The translations under genes were made by a program, and so were the position numbers. From NCBI GenBank assembly GCA_947501625.1, contig CANMWN010000001.1:381319-445318 (forward strand): a stretch of 64,000 nt of DNA, written 5' to 3'. Positions 46,325 to 57,000 of this stretch are shown one piece after another; position 1 is the first letter of the stretch; each line of letters opens with the position of its first letter. The notes beneath the pieces are model-generated. The model had not been told where the DNA came from, searched no databases, and was given only the letters and a program-made list of their open reading frames with translations. This stretch comes from an uncultured Flavobacteriaceae bacterium. GTDB taxonomy: Bacteria > Bacteroidota > Bacteroidia > Flavobacteriales > Flavobacteriaceae.

Positions 46325-49270
46325 ATGCAATACGATCATAAAAAAATAGAAGAATTTTGGCAAGAATACTGGTCAAAGAATGAAACTTTTAAAGCAAGTA
46401 ATACTTCTGATAAACCCAAATATTATGTGTTGGACATGTTCCCTTATCCTTCAGGAGCAGGACTGCATGTTGGACATCCATTAGGTTATATTGCATCAGA
46501 TATTTATGCGCGTTATAAGCGTCATAAAGGATTTAATGTGTTGCATCCTCAAGGTTATGATTCGTTTGGATTACCTGCCGAGCAATATGCGATTCAAACT
46601 GGTCAACATCCTGCGAAAACAACTGAGGAAAATATAAAAACATACAGAAGACAGTTAGATAGAATTGGTTTTTCGTTTGATTGGTCTAGAGAAGTTAGAA
46701 CTTCTAATCCAGAATATTATAAATGGACACAATGGATTTTTATCCAACTCTTTAATTCTTGGTATAATAAAGATTCTGATAAAGCCGAAGATATATCTAC
46801 GCTTGTTTCAATCTTTTCTGCAAATGGAAACAGCGAAGTAAATGCAGTATGCGATGAAGATATTTCTATTTTTTCTGCGGATGAATGGAACGCATTCTCA
46901 GATAAAGAACAACAAGAAATATTATTACAATATCGATTGACTTTCTTGTCTGATACTGAAGTAAATTGGTGTCCAGCATTAGGAACAGTATTGGCAAACG
47001 ATGAAATAGTGAACGGAGTTTCCGAACGTGGAGGTCATCCAGTTGTCCGTAAAAAAATGACACAATGGTCAATGCGAATTTCTGCTTATGCACAACGATT
47101 GTTAGACGGATTAAACACGATTGATTGGCCGCAACCTTTAAAGGATTCTCAAACCAATTGGATTGGTCGTTCGCAAGGTGCTATGGTTTCTTTTGATGTT
47201 GATGAACACGACGCAAAAATTGATGTATTTACCACACGTCCTGATACTATTTTTGGAGTGTCATTTATGACTTTGGCTCCTGAACACGAATTAGTCTCAC
47301 GTATCGTGACTCATGAGCAAAAAGATGAGGTAAATGCTTATGTTGAGGCAACTGCTAAGCGTAGTGAACGTGACAGAATGGCTGATGTAAAAACCATTTC
47401 TGGTGTGTTTACTGGAGCCTATGCATTGCATCCTTTTACTGGCGAAAAAGTTCAGATATGGATTGGAGATTATGTATTAGCGAGTTACGGAACTGGTGCT
47501 GTAATGGCTGTTCCTTGCGGAGACCAGCGTGATTATGACTTTGCGAAACATTTTGGAATTGATATTCCAAATATTTTTGAAGGCGTTGATATTTCTGAGC
47601 AAGCCAATGATGCTAAAGATGGAATAAAACTCGCAAATTCTGATTTCTTAAATGGACTGAATTATAAGAAAGGAATGAAAACCGTGATTTACGAATTAGA
47701 AAAACGCGGTTTTGGTTACGGAAAAACAAATTACCGTTTGCGTGATGCTGTATTTTCTCGTCAGCGATATTGGGGAGAGCCTTTTCCTGTTTATTACAAA
47801 GACGGAATGCCGCAAATGATTGATGCAAAACATTTACCAATTGTGTTGCCAGAAGTAGAAAAATATTTACCAACTGAAGACGGAAAACCTCCTTTAGGAA
47901 ATGCTGATGTTTGGGCTTGGGATACAACTAAAAATGAAGTTGTTTCTAATGATTTAATTAATAATGAAACTATTTTCCCTCTAGAATTAAACACAATGCC
48001 TGGATGGGCGGGAAGTTCTTGGTATTTCAATAGATATATGGATGCTCATAATGAAAATGAGTTTGCAAGTAAAGAAGCATTAGATTATTGGAAAGAGGTA
48101 GATTTATATATTGGAGGAAGCGAACATGCAACAGGACATTTGTTATACGCTCGTTTTTGGCAGAAATTCTTATTTGATAGAGAGTTAGTTCCTGTAGGTG
48201 AGTTTGCTAAAAAACTGATCAATCAAGGGATGATTACGGGAACGAGTGCGTTTGTTTATAAAGTTTTTGGATCGTTAAGATTCCCAAAAGTATTTCTTTC
48301 AAAAGGTTATTATGAAAGAGCGAAAGATAACTTGGGCATGCTTCATTCAAGATTAAAAACAATACACAACGAAAGTAATAAATCATGGGAACCATACATA
48401 GATTATGATTTGGACATTATTCCTCATCACACAGATGTTAGTTTTGTAGACTCTTCAGATGAATTAGATATTGAGAAATATAAAAAATGGCGTCCAGAAT
48501 TTAGTGATGCTATTTTTATAGGTGAAAAAGGACAAATAATTGATTGTGATAATGATAAATATATTGTAGGTCGCGAAGTAGAAAAAATGTCGAAGTCGAA
48601 GTACAATGTTGTCAATCCAGATAATATATGTGAAGAATATGGCGCGGATAGTTTGCGATTGTTTGAGATGTTCTTAGGGCCATTAGAGCAATCAAAACCT
48701 TGGAAAACGTCAGGTATTTCTGGAGTGTATTCTTTCTTAAAGAAACTATGGAAATTATACCATTCTGGAGAGAATGGAGAATTTATAGTTTCTCAAGATG
48801 CAGCAACTAAGGATGAATTAAAAACGTTGCATAAAACCATCAAAAAAGTTGATGAAGATATCGCCAATTTCTCTTTCAATACATCAGTAAGTTCGTTTAT
48901 GATTGCTGTGAATGAGTTAAGTGCATTGAAATGTAACAAGCGAGAAATTTTAGAACCATTAGCGGTTTTAATTTCTCCTTATGCACCGCATATTGCTGAA
49001 GAGTTGTGGAGTAAATTAGGTCATACAACTTCAATTTCAACTGCTGAGTTTCCTGTTTTTGAGGAGAAGCATCTAGTAGAAAGTACAAAGAACTACCCAA
49101 TTTCTTTTAATGGCAAAATGCGTTTTACGTTAGAATTGCCATTGGACATGAATAAAGAAGAAATTGAAAAAACAGTGATGGCTTACGAAAAAACACAAGA
49201 ACAATTGGCTGGACGAACACCAAAGAAAGTAATTGTAGTTCCTGGAAAAATTGTAAACATCGTAGGATAA
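46325..49270 (+). CDS. leuS: Leucyl-tRNA synthetase
   Basis: 981 aa; class I HIGH (PYPSGAGLHVGHP) and KMSKS motifs, CP1 editing domain and LeuRS-specific insertions. Confidence 0.95.
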   Translation: MQYDHKKIEEFWQEYWSKNETFKASNTSDKPKYYVLDMFPYPSGAGLHVGHPLGYIASDIYARYKRHKGFNVLHPQGYDSFGLPAEQYAIQTGQHPAKTTEENIKTYRRQLDRIGFSFDWSREVRTSNPEYYKWTQWIFIQLFNSWYNKDSDKAEDISTLVSIFSANGNSEVNAVCDEDISIFSADEWNAFSDKEQQEILLQYRLTFLSDTEVNWCPALGTVLANDEIVNGVSERGGHPVVRKKMTQWSMRISAYAQRLLDGLNTIDWPQPLKDSQTNWIGRSQGAMVSFDVDEHDAKIDVFTTRPDTIFGVSFMTLAPEHELVSRIVTHEQKDEVNAYVEATAKRSERDRMADVKTISGVFTGAYALHPFTGEKVQIWIGDYVLASYGTGAVMAVPCGDQRDYDFAKHFGIDIPNIFEGVDISEQANDAKDGIKLANSDFLNGLNYKKGMKTVIYELEKRGFGYGKTNYRLRDAVFSRQRYWGEPFPVYYKDGMPQMIDAKHLPIVLPEVEKYLPTEDGKPPLGNADVWAWDTTKNEVVSNDLINNETIFPLELNTMPGWAGSSWYFNRYMDAHNENEFASKEALDYWKEVDLYIGGSEHATGHLLYARFWQKFLFDRELVPVGEFAKKLINQGMITGTSAFVYKVFGSLRFPKVFLSKGYYERAKDNLGMLHSRLKTIHNESNKSWEPYIDYDLDIIPHHTDVSFVDSSDELDIEKYKKWRPEFSDAIFIGEKGQIIDCDNDKYIVGREVEKMSKSKYNVVNPDNICEEYGADSLRLFEMFLGPLEQSKPWKTSGISGVYSFLKKLWKLYHSGENGEFIVSQDAATKDELKTLHKTIKKVDEDIANFSFNTSVSSFMIAVNELSALKCNKREILEPLAVLISPYAPHIAEELWSKLGHTTSISTAEFPVFEEKHLVESTKNYPISFNGKMRFTLELPLDMNKEEIEKTVMAYEKTQEQLAGRTPKKVIVVPGKIVNIVG

Positions 49271-49271
49271 A

Positions 49272-49784
49272 ATGATTCAACGATTAGCAGAAATAGACCT
49301 AAAAACTAAGTACGGAGAATTCCACGAAATCCTTTTTAACGATGGTAAACAAGATTCGTTTGCACTAGTTATGGGAGATATTTCAGAAGAAGAAAACGTA
49401 TTGTGTAGAGTACATTCTTCTTGTATTTTCGGTCATCATTTTAATAGTATTGAATGTGATTGTAGAGAGCAAATGGAAATTTCTCAAGAATTAATTCAAC
49501 GTGAAGGAAAAGGAATTGTAATTTGGCTAGAGCAAGAAGGGAAAGGAAATGGTCATTATGCTTTACTAAAAAGCACAACGTTTAAAAAACAAGGAATGTC
49601 ACAAGCAGAAGCCTATGTTGCTACTGGATTTAAAAAAGACGCGCGTGATTTTAAAGTTGCTGCTGAAATTCTAAAAGAATTAAAAGTGAGGTCAATTCGA
49701 ATGTTGACCAACAATCCTAAAAAAGTATCTACACTTACTGAACATGGAATTAATGTTGTGGGAACTCAACAAACTAAATTATAG
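49272..49784 (+). CDS. ribA: GTP cyclohydrolase II (RibA-like), short form
   Basis: 170 aa; colinear with E. coli RibA including the zinc-binding C..(x10)..CDC (RVHSSC...SIECDC) and LTNNPKK, but lacking about 25 C-terminal residues. Confidence 0.72.
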   Translation: MIQRLAEIDLKTKYGEFHEILFNDGKQDSFALVMGDISEEENVLCRVHSSCIFGHHFNSIECDCREQMEISQELIQREGKGIVIWLEQEGKGNGHYALLKSTTFKKQGMSQAEAYVATGFKKDARDFKVAAEILKELKVRSIRMLTNNPKKVSTLTEHGINVVGTQQTKL

Positions 49785-49787
49785 TTT

Positions 49788-50045
49788 ATGGATTTTAACT
49801 ATGAAATAATCGGAACCTTGGCGGCAATTCTTACAACTATTTCTTTTGTACCACAAGTAGTTAAAATTTGGAAGTTGAAATCGGCAGAGAATGTATCACT
49901 TTCTATGTATTTGGTTTTATTTACAGGACTTATTTTATGGCTTTGGTATGGTTTCTTGATTGATAGTTTCTCAATAAAATTTGCCAACACAATCACATTA
50001 GTTTTAGTCAGTTTTATTATTTACTTCAAGATAAAATACAAATAG
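49788..50045 (+). CDS. SemiSWEET / PQ-loop small sugar transporter
   Basis: 85 aa, three TM helices; PQ motif (SFVPQVVKIWK). Confidence 0.6.
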   Translation: MDFNYEIIGTLAAILTTISFVPQVVKIWKLKSAENVSLSMYLVLFTGLILWLWYGFLIDSFSIKFANTITLVLVSFIIYFKIKYK

Positions 50046-50111
50046 TATTCTTGGTATATTTATTGATGCTATTCCTCAAAATATTGAGTATATTTACTTC
50101 AAATTTCTTTC

Positions 50112-51563
50112 ATGTCCAATTCAAAACTGTCTTTGCAATACCGCTTATTTCTATCAATGATATTATTGATATTAATTGCTTCTATATTGATTGCAGTTGT
50201 TACAATTTTTCAATACAATGAACAGGCAGAAGAGTACAATACAGGTAGACTTGAAAGGAAAGAAAGAGCTATTACACATCATTTTGATGTAGAGATTAAT
50301 AATACTACCTATCAAGTTGGAACAAACGAACTTCTAACAATTTTCAGAAAAAAAATATTTGAAATGTCCAAAGTTCATAATTTAGAATTAGGGATTTATG
50401 ACTTAAATGGTAATTTTATAATTTCATCCAATAGAGACTTCACTAAAGATACTATTGTAAGAAAAATTGAGCCTGCAATTTTAGATAAAATTGAAGATGC
50501 TGGCTCCCATAGGTTTGTGAAACGAGAAGAGTTGAACGGTAAAGAATACCAGTCATTATATACTTATTTATTTGATCAAAAATCAAAACCAATTGGGATT
50601 TTACATTTACCTTATCTTGAAGATAGCACTGAACAAGATAGAGAATTGAAAGAATTTTTATCACGACTTGGTTTAGGGTTTTTAGTAATGTTTTTAGTTG
50701 GTTTAGCACTGGCCTATTTTATCTCAAGTTACATTACTAGGTCTATAAAAACGGTAAGTGATAAAATGAGTCAAACTCGAATTTTTAAACGAAACGAAAA
50801 GATTGTTTTAAAAGATGCAAGTTCAGAGATTCATAATTTAGTTGATTCCTATAATAGTATGATTGATGAATTGGAAGAAAGTGCAGTAAAATTGGCACAA
50901 AGTGAGCGTGAACAGGCTTGGCGTGAAATGGCAAAGCAAGTAGCTCATGAAATTAAGAATCCTTTGACGCCAATGAGATTAACAGTTCAAAGTTTTGAAC
51001 GTAAATTTGATGCTAATGATCCTCAAATAGGTAAAAAATTAAAAGAGTATAGTCAAACGTTGATTCAACAAATTGATGTGATGAGTTCCATTGCTTCTGC
51101 TTTTTCTGATTTTGCCAAAATGCCAACTTCGAAAAGAGAAAGAATAAATATTGTTGAAGTTGTAAAACACGCTACTGAAATTTTTACTGAACCCTATATT
51201 TCTTTCATTTCTGATAAAAAAGAAATTATTGCCAATCTTGATAAAATACAATTAACACGTATAGTTACTAATTTGATTAAGAATGCTACTCAAGCAATGG
51301 AAGGTGTTGAATCACCATCGGTAGAAATAAAATTATATGATGATGAAGCAACTGTAAAAATTGTTGTTTCTGATAATGGAAAAGGAATATCGGAAGAAAC
51401 AAAAGATAAAGTTTTTGAACCAAAATTCACCACTAAATCAAGCGGAATGGGACTTGGATTGCCGATGATAAAAAGTATTATTGAAGCCTATGGAGGTGAC
51501 ATATCTTTTGAATCTATAGTAAACAAAGGAACCGTTTTTTCTGTAATTTTGCCTAAAGAATAA
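50112..51563 (+). CDS. Two-component sensor histidine kinase
   Basis: 483 aa; two TM helices flanking an extracytoplasmic domain, HAMP-like linker, HisKA H-box (AHEIKNPLTPM), and HATPase_c N/G1/G2 boxes. Confidence 0.8.
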   Translation: MSNSKLSLQYRLFLSMILLILIASILIAVVTIFQYNEQAEEYNTGRLERKERAITHHFDVEINNTTYQVGTNELLTIFRKKIFEMSKVHNLELGIYDLNGNFIISSNRDFTKDTIVRKIEPAILDKIEDAGSHRFVKREELNGKEYQSLYTYLFDQKSKPIGILHLPYLEDSTEQDRELKEFLSRLGLGFLVMFLVGLALAYFISSYITRSIKTVSDKMSQTRIFKRNEKIVLKDASSEIHNLVDSYNSMIDELEESAVKLAQSEREQAWREMAKQVAHEIKNPLTPMRLTVQSFERKFDANDPQIGKKLKEYSQTLIQQIDVMSSIASAFSDFAKMPTSKRERINIVEVVKHATEIFTEPYISFISDKKEIIANLDKIQLTRIVTNLIKNATQAMEGVESPSVEIKLYDDEATVKIVVSDNGKGISEETKDKVFEPKFTTKSSGMGLGLPMIKSIIEAYGGDISFESIVNKGTVFSVILPKE

Positions 51564-51574
51564 ACCAAATTAAA

Positions 51575-52351
51575 ATGAACTACGAAAATATCTTATTAAA
51601 TCAAGAAGAACATATTTTAACAATTACGATTAATCGACCAAATCAATTAAATGCTTTAAATAAAGCTACAATTTTAGAGTTGCACAATGCTTTTACTGAT
51701 GCCAATTCAGACAATTCAGTTAAAGCGATTATTGTTACAGGTTCAGGGACTAAAGCCTTTGTTGCAGGTGCTGATATCAAAGAATTTGCTCATTTTGATG
51801 TTGAGCAAGGAGGAACATTGGCAAAAAATGGACATGATTTATTGTTCAATTTTGTAGAAAATTTATCAACTCCAGTAATTGCTGCTGTTAACGGATTTGC
51901 TCTAGGTGGCGGACTTGAATTGGCGATGGCTTCTCATTTTAGAATTGCAAGTACAAATGCAAAAATGGGATTACCTGAAGTTTCATTAGGAGTTATTCCA
52001 GGATATGGAGGGACGCAAAGATTACCTCAACTAGTTGGGAAAGGAAAAGCAATGGAAATGATTATGACTGCCAATATGTTAACTGCTGAAGAGGCGAAAG
52101 AAAATGGTTTGGTAAATCACGTTGTTGAGCAAGAAGAGTTATTACCATTGGCTAAAAAACTAGCAAGTAAAATTACTCGTAATTCTAGTAGTGCCATTTC
52201 TTATGCAATAAATGCTGTAAATGCTAATTTTAAAGACGGAGTTGACGGTTATAATGTTGAAATTACAAATTTTGGTGAATGTTTTGGCACTAAAGATTTC
52301 ACTGAAGGAACTACTGCATTCTTAGAAAAAAGGAAACCAAAATTTTCTTAA
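51575..52351 (+). CDS. Enoyl-CoA hydratase/isomerase family protein
   Basis: 258 aa; crotonase fold motifs (AAVNGFALGGGLELAMA; GLPE...G). Confidence 0.85.
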   Translation: MNYENILLNQEEHILTITINRPNQLNALNKATILELHNAFTDANSDNSVKAIIVTGSGTKAFVAGADIKEFAHFDVEQGGTLAKNGHDLLFNFVENLSTPVIAAVNGFALGGGLELAMASHFRIASTNAKMGLPEVSLGVIPGYGGTQRLPQLVGKGKAMEMIMTANMLTAEEAKENGLVNHVVEQEELLPLAKKLASKITRNSSSAISYAINAVNANFKDGVDGYNVEITNFGECFGTKDFTEGTTAFLEKRKPKFS

Positions 52352-52361
52352 TTCAAATTAT

Positions 52362-52394
52362 AAAAAAAAGCGAACTATCAGGTTCGCTTTTTTA
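52362..52394 (+). terminator. Rho-independent terminator
   Basis: agcgaactatcaggttcgct hairpin followed by a T-run. Confidence 0.75.
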
Positions 52395-52435
52395 AATCAC
52401 CAAAAAAATAAGGCAGTAATTTGATGACAACTAAA

Positions 52436-52990
52436 TTATAATTTGAAATTTTCTATATACTTTCTACCGTTATTTATAATTACTACTTTATACTTCCCTT
52501 TTTTATTTTTTGATAAATGATATACTCTTTCGATAATATCTTGTCCTTTTAAAGTTTCATTAAAAATCTTTTTATGATTATAATAAAGAGAAATTTTTAG
52601 TGGCTCTTTATCAAAAGCTAGTTTTGAAATAGAGATTAGATTATTAAACTTTTTTACCACGGGTTTAAAAATTGTTTTTTCTCTATTAGTTAGATATGAA
52701 ACTTTTCCATTTACTACTTTAAAAGTTTTTATTTTTATTTCAAACCCTTTATCTATTTCGGCAGTAAAAATTCCGTCTTCAAACAGTGTTGAGTTAATTA
52801 TATCTGAAGCATTACCAGAGTTTTTAATCTTTAAATGATAAACCATTTGTTGATTTTCATCTTTAATGATTAAAGTTTTCCCTTTATAATCATTCTCTTT
52901 ATTTAAGAGTGTACCGTTTTTATTTGCGTAGTTAAATAATGTTCCAAACATAAATATTACTACTAAACTTTTTCTAATTGTTTTTTTCAT
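52436..52990 (-). CDS. Secreted/lipoprotein of unknown function
   Basis: 184 aa with an N-terminal signal peptide and Lys-rich beta-strand-like repeats; no recognisable family. Confidence 0.4.
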   Translation of the reverse strand: MKKTIRKSLVVIFMFGTLFNYANKNGTLLNKENDYKGKTLIIKDENQQMVYHLKIKNSGNASDIINSTLFEDGIFTAEIDKGFEIKIKTFKVVNGKVSYLTNREKTIFKPVVKKFNNLISISKLAFDKEPLKISLYYNHKKIFNETLKGQDIIERVYHLSKNKKGKYKVVIINNGRKYIENFKL

Positions 52991-53186
52991 TTTTTATTTT
53001 TTAAAAATATTTTGATGTTACAAATGTATAGCGAGGTTAAAATTCAAAAAACAATTAAATTCACTTATTTATATGCTATATTGCATATAAAATTAAACAA
53101 ATCATAATATTAGAGTTAAAATAACATATATATAAGTTAATATTTAATATTTTTCAGAGGTTCTGTTTTGTAAATTTGCTTTAGAT

Positions 53187-54065
53187 ATGTTAGTTATGAA
53201 TGTAAAACCTACTTTAGAAAAAATAAGTACAAACTTTGGAAGTTCTGTTTTGGTAAAAAAGCATACTGAATTTTTACAAAAATTTAAGGCTTCTTGGCAC
53301 TTTCATCCTGAAATAGAACTAGTATATATAAACAAAGGAAGTGGGAAAACTCATATTGGTAATCACCTTTCTTATTTTAATAATAGCCAATTAGTTTTAA
53401 TAGGTTCAAATTTGCCTCATAATGGATTTACAGATAGACTTACAACCAATGGGTCCGAAACTTTAATCCAATTTATGCCAGACTTTTTAGGTCAAGGTTT
53501 TTTTGAAGCAAAAGAAATGAAATCAATAAAAAACTTATTTGAAAAAGCCAAAAAAGGAATTGTATTTGGAAAAAAAACAAAGAATAAAATTGGTTATAAA
53601 ATTGAAAAGTTATCAGAGAAAAAAGGATTTAAACAAATATTATATTTATTAGATATTCTACATATTTTATCAAAATCCAAAGATTATACTATTCTAAATG
53701 CTGATGGATTTGCTTTTGAAATTCATCCACAAGATAATAGTAAAATAGATATGATTTTTAGTTATATCAATGAAAATTTTAGCCAACAGATTACTTTAAA
53801 TGAAATAGCAGATAAAGTTAGCATGACAGTTCCAGCTTTTTGTAGGTTTTTTAAAAAAACAACAGGAAGAACTTTTACTAAAATTGTAAATGAGTATAGA
53901 GTTGTTCATGCCACAAAATTATTGGCAGAAAATCAAAAAAGTATTACAGATATATGTTTTGAATGTGGGTTTAATAATTTTTCTCATTTCAATAAATTAT
54001 TTAATGAATTTACTGGAAAATCTGCATCTAGATACAGAAAAGAGATGTTAAGCTTAGTACAATAG
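53187..54065 (+). CDS. AraC-family transcriptional regulator (cupin sensor + AraC HTH)
   Basis: 292 aa; N-terminal cupin (WHFHPE.ELVYI..G) and C-terminal dual HTH (ITLNEIADKVSMTVPAFCRFFKK; CGFNNFSHFNKLF). Confidence 0.8.
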   Translation: MLVMNVKPTLEKISTNFGSSVLVKKHTEFLQKFKASWHFHPEIELVYINKGSGKTHIGNHLSYFNNSQLVLIGSNLPHNGFTDRLTTNGSETLIQFMPDFLGQGFFEAKEMKSIKNLFEKAKKGIVFGKKTKNKIGYKIEKLSEKKGFKQILYLLDILHILSKSKDYTILNADGFAFEIHPQDNSKIDMIFSYINENFSQQITLNEIADKVSMTVPAFCRFFKKTTGRTFTKIVNEYRVVHATKLLAENQKSITDICFECGFNNFSHFNKLFNEFTGKSASRYRKEMLSLVQ

Positions 54066-54067
54066 AA

Positions 54068-54754
54068 TTATTTTTCTCCATTCCATTCAGCATAAAACTG
54101 AGTTAAATATTGCTCCATAAATTTATGTCTATTATCGGCAATTTGCCGACCTGTTTTGGTATTCATTTTATCTTTAAGCAAAAGTAGTTTTTCATAAAAA
54201 TGATTGATGGTTGGAGTCTCAGATTTTTTATATTCTTCTTTAGACATATGTAGGTTTGGTTCAATTTCTGGGTTATATAATGCCCTATTTTTAAACCCTC
54301 CATAATTGAAACAACGAGCTATTCCGATGGCTCCAATTGCATCTAATCTGTCTGCATCTTGAACAATTGATAACTCAGGAGAAGAAAACCTATTATTATT
54401 TTCTAGTGAGTTTTTAAATGAAATAAATTTAATAATATTTGTAACATGTTCTATAACAGTACTATCAACATCTTGAGATAAAAGAAATTTACTTGCAACC
54501 TTGGGACCTATTGTTTCATCTCCATTATGGAATTTTGCATCTGCAATATCATGAAGTAATGCACCTAAAGAGACAATAAAAACATCAACATTTTCACTCT
54601 TAGCAATAAGTAGAGAATTTTTATACACCCTTTCTATATGAAACCAATCGTGACCTCCTTCAGCACCTTGTAGTGTTTCTTTGACAAATGCAATAGTGTT
54701 ATTTATTACTTTTTGTTGGTCAAAATTCATTTTATAAAAATAAAAAATCCCCAA
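54068..54754 (-). CDS. HD-domain phosphohydrolase
   Basis: 228 aa; HD motif (H...RV......LLHDIADAKFH) and downstream D. Confidence 0.7.
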   Translation of the reverse strand: MGIFYFYKMNFDQQKVINNTIAFVKETLQGAEGGHDWFHIERVYKNSLLIAKSENVDVFIVSLGALLHDIADAKFHNGDETIGPKVASKFLLSQDVDSTVIEHVTNIIKFISFKNSLENNNRFSSPELSIVQDADRLDAIGAIGIARCFNYGGFKNRALYNPEIEPNLHMSKEEYKKSETPTINHFYEKLLLLKDKMNTKTGRQIADNRHKFMEQYLTQFYAEWNGEK

Positions 54755-54793
54755 AATAAATTGAGGATTTTGAAAACTTTTAAATATTATTTA

Positions 54794-55204
54794 TTAGCAA
54801 TATTCATCATAAGCGCCTGCTAAATTTGCAGCAATAGCTTGAGCAGAACGACCTTCAATATGATGGCGCTCTAACATGTGAACTAATTGTCCATCTTTAA
54901 ATAAAGCAATTGCAGGAGAAGATGGTGGAAAAGGAATCATATACTCCCTTGCTTTATTTGTAGCTTCCTTATCAACGCCAGCAAAAACCGTAGTCAAATT
55001 AATTGGATGTTTATCATTTCCTAATGATGCTATTGCACCAGGACGAGCAGTACCTGCAGCACAGCCGCATACCGAATTTACCATGACTAATGTAGTCCCT
55101 TCTTTTGCCAATGCATTTGCTACTTCTTCTGTTGTATGTAATGATGTAAAACCAGCTTTTTCAAGTTCTGCTTGCATAGGTTTTACGATTTCTTCTGGAT
55201 ACAT
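54794..55204 (-). CDS. Bacilliredoxin-family (BrxA/BrxB, DUF1094) thiol-disulfide protein
   Basis: 136 aa; thioredoxin-like with the CGC redox motif (NSVCGCAAGTARPG), typical of YphP/YqiW bacilliredoxins. Confidence 0.68.
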   Translation of the reverse strand: MYPEEIVKPMQAELEKAGFTSLHTTEEVANALAKEGTTLVMVNSVCGCAAGTARPGAIASLGNDKHPINLTTVFAGVDKEATNKAREYMIPFPPSSPAIALFKDGQLVHMLERHHIEGRSAQAIAANLAGAYDEYC

Positions 55205-55294
55205 AATTTTATGTTTTATAAATATATTGCAAAGATAAATAAAATTAGTACGATATCATACTTGTTAGTATCTTTGAACTATCAATAATAATTT

Positions 55295-56062
55295 ATGGGA
55301 TTTTTTGCAAAATATTTAGGAGCATCATTGGGATGGTCATTTGGAGGACCTATTGGAGCAATCATTGGATTTGTTTTAGGAAGTGTGGTTGATGGATTGG
55401 GTGATTCCAATGGAAGTTTTGAATACAGAACTGAAAATTCTCGACAACAAAATAGACCATTTAGAAGGCCTCAAAGAACAGAATCAGGAGATTTTGAATT
55501 AAGTTTATTGGTATTAGCAGCAGTTGTAATTAAGGCTGATGGTAAAATTGATCAGCGAGAGTTAAAATATGTTAGAGATCAATTTATACATATGTATGGT
55601 ACAGCACGAGCTCAAAAAGCATTCAAATTATTTAATGGGATTATCAAAAAAAATGACATTTCTACTCGTCAAGTTTGTATGCAAATTCGTCAAAATATGA
55701 CACACGCCTCTAGATTGCAATTATTACATTTTTTATTCGGAATTTCAAAAGCTGATGGACATGTAAATGAAAAAGAAGTGCAAATGATTCAAAAAATTGC
55801 AGGTTATTTATATATCAATAACCGTGATTTTGAATCAATTAAAGCAATGTTTTATAGTTCTTCTAACAATGCTTATAAAATTTTGGAAATCGATAAATCT
55901 GCTACTAACACAGAAGTGAAAAAAGCTTATAGAAGGTTAGTAAAAAAACACCATCCAGATAAATTACAGCACTTAGGAAAGGAACATTTAAAAGGTGCTG
56001 AAGAAAAGTTTAGACAGATTCAGAAAGCCTATGAAACAATTCAAAAAGAACGAGGAATGTAA
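55295..56062 (+). CDS. TerB-domain + C-terminal J-domain protein (DjlA-like co-chaperone)
   Basis: 255 aa; N-terminal Gly-rich TM, TerB-like middle domain, C-terminal DnaJ J-domain (YKILEIDKSATNTEVKKAYRRLVKKHHPDK). Confidence 0.7.
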   Translation: MGFFAKYLGASLGWSFGGPIGAIIGFVLGSVVDGLGDSNGSFEYRTENSRQQNRPFRRPQRTESGDFELSLLVLAAVVIKADGKIDQRELKYVRDQFIHMYGTARAQKAFKLFNGIIKKNDISTRQVCMQIRQNMTHASRLQLLHFLFGISKADGHVNEKEVQMIQKIAGYLYINNRDFESIKAMFYSSSNNAYKILEIDKSATNTEVKKAYRRLVKKHHPDKLQHLGKEHLKGAEEKFRQIQKAYETIQKERGM

Positions 56063-56067
56063 TTTTT

Positions 56068-56982
56068 ATGAAAATAAATAAAATTTATATTGTTTCATTC
56101 TTTTGTTTTGCGTTGTTTTATACTTCACTGGCTCAACAAGATCCACATTATACTCAGTACATGTATAATCAAAATGTTATAAATCCTGCTTATGCTGGTT
56201 CAAAAGAAACTTTGAGCATAAGCTTGTTAGGAAGATCACAATGGGTTGGTTTCTCTGGTGCTCCAAACACTTTTACTCTAGCGTTACATTCTCCAATAGG
56301 TCAAAAAACTGGTTTAGGTTTGTCAATTATACATGATGAAATAGGTCCAGTTAAAGAAGATAATATTTTTACTGACTTTTCTTATACAATTTCACTTTCT
56401 GAAGAAAAAAAAATAGCTTTTGGAATAAAAACTGGAGCAACGTTTTTAAATGTTAAGTCTATTGAAGGATTAGATGCTGATGCAACTTTAAACGAACCTA
56501 TACAGAATACATTTTTAAATTTTGGAGCAGGATTGTTTTATTATACCAAGAATTTTTATGCAGGTTTTTCTATTCCTAATTTTTTAAAAACACGACATCT
56601 TGAAACAACAGAAGGTATTTCATCAACAGTTTCAGAGAGAAAGCATTATTTCTTTACTTCTGGATATGTGTTTGATGTTTCTGAAACTATAAAAATAAAA
56701 CCTTCAACAATGATAAAGTCAACTTCGGGAGCGCCTTTATCAATAGATTTATCTTTAAATACTTTGATTAATGATAAATTTGAATTAGGTGTGAATTATA
56801 GATTTGATGACTCTGTGAGTGCAATTTTCGGGATTCAGGTTAACAAAGATTTAAAATTGGGTTATGCATATGATTACACAACTTCAAACTTGGGGCAATT
56901 CAATTCTGGTTCTCATGAAATGATTTTAATTTTCGATTTTAAAATTATAAAAGGAAGACTTAAATCACCAAGGTACTTTTAA
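56068..56982 (+). CDS. Type IX secretion system membrane protein, PorP/SprF family
   Basis: 304 aa; signal peptide then the family-defining N-terminus QQDPHYTQYMYNQNVINPAYAG and an outer-membrane beta-barrel pattern. Confidence 0.75.
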   Translation: MKINKIYIVSFFCFALFYTSLAQQDPHYTQYMYNQNVINPAYAGSKETLSISLLGRSQWVGFSGAPNTFTLALHSPIGQKTGLGLSIIHDEIGPVKEDNIFTDFSYTISLSEEKKIAFGIKTGATFLNVKSIEGLDADATLNEPIQNTFLNFGAGLFYYTKNFYAGFSIPNFLKTRHLETTEGISSTVSERKHYFFTSGYVFDVSETIKIKPSTMIKSTSGAPLSIDLSLNTLINDKFELGVNYRFDDSVSAIFGIQVNKDLKLGYAYDYTTSNLGQFNSGSHEMILIFDFKIIKGRLKSPRYF

Positions 56983-57000
56983 TAAATTGTCAAAAAAATT

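Noticed and set aside
46172-46363. 63-aa minus-strand ORF upstream of leuS
   Set aside because: It overlaps the leuS start codon region, and its low-complexity basic/hydrophobic translation has no homology signal. It is more likely part of the leuS leader/promoter region.
49272-49784. Considered calling the 170-aa RibA-like protein a pseudogene because it is about 25 aa shorter than canonical RibA
   Set aside because: The reading frame is intact, with clean start and stop codons and a downstream gene placed 3 nt later. All zinc ligands and the core motifs are retained. It is more likely a short-form paralog than a truncation.
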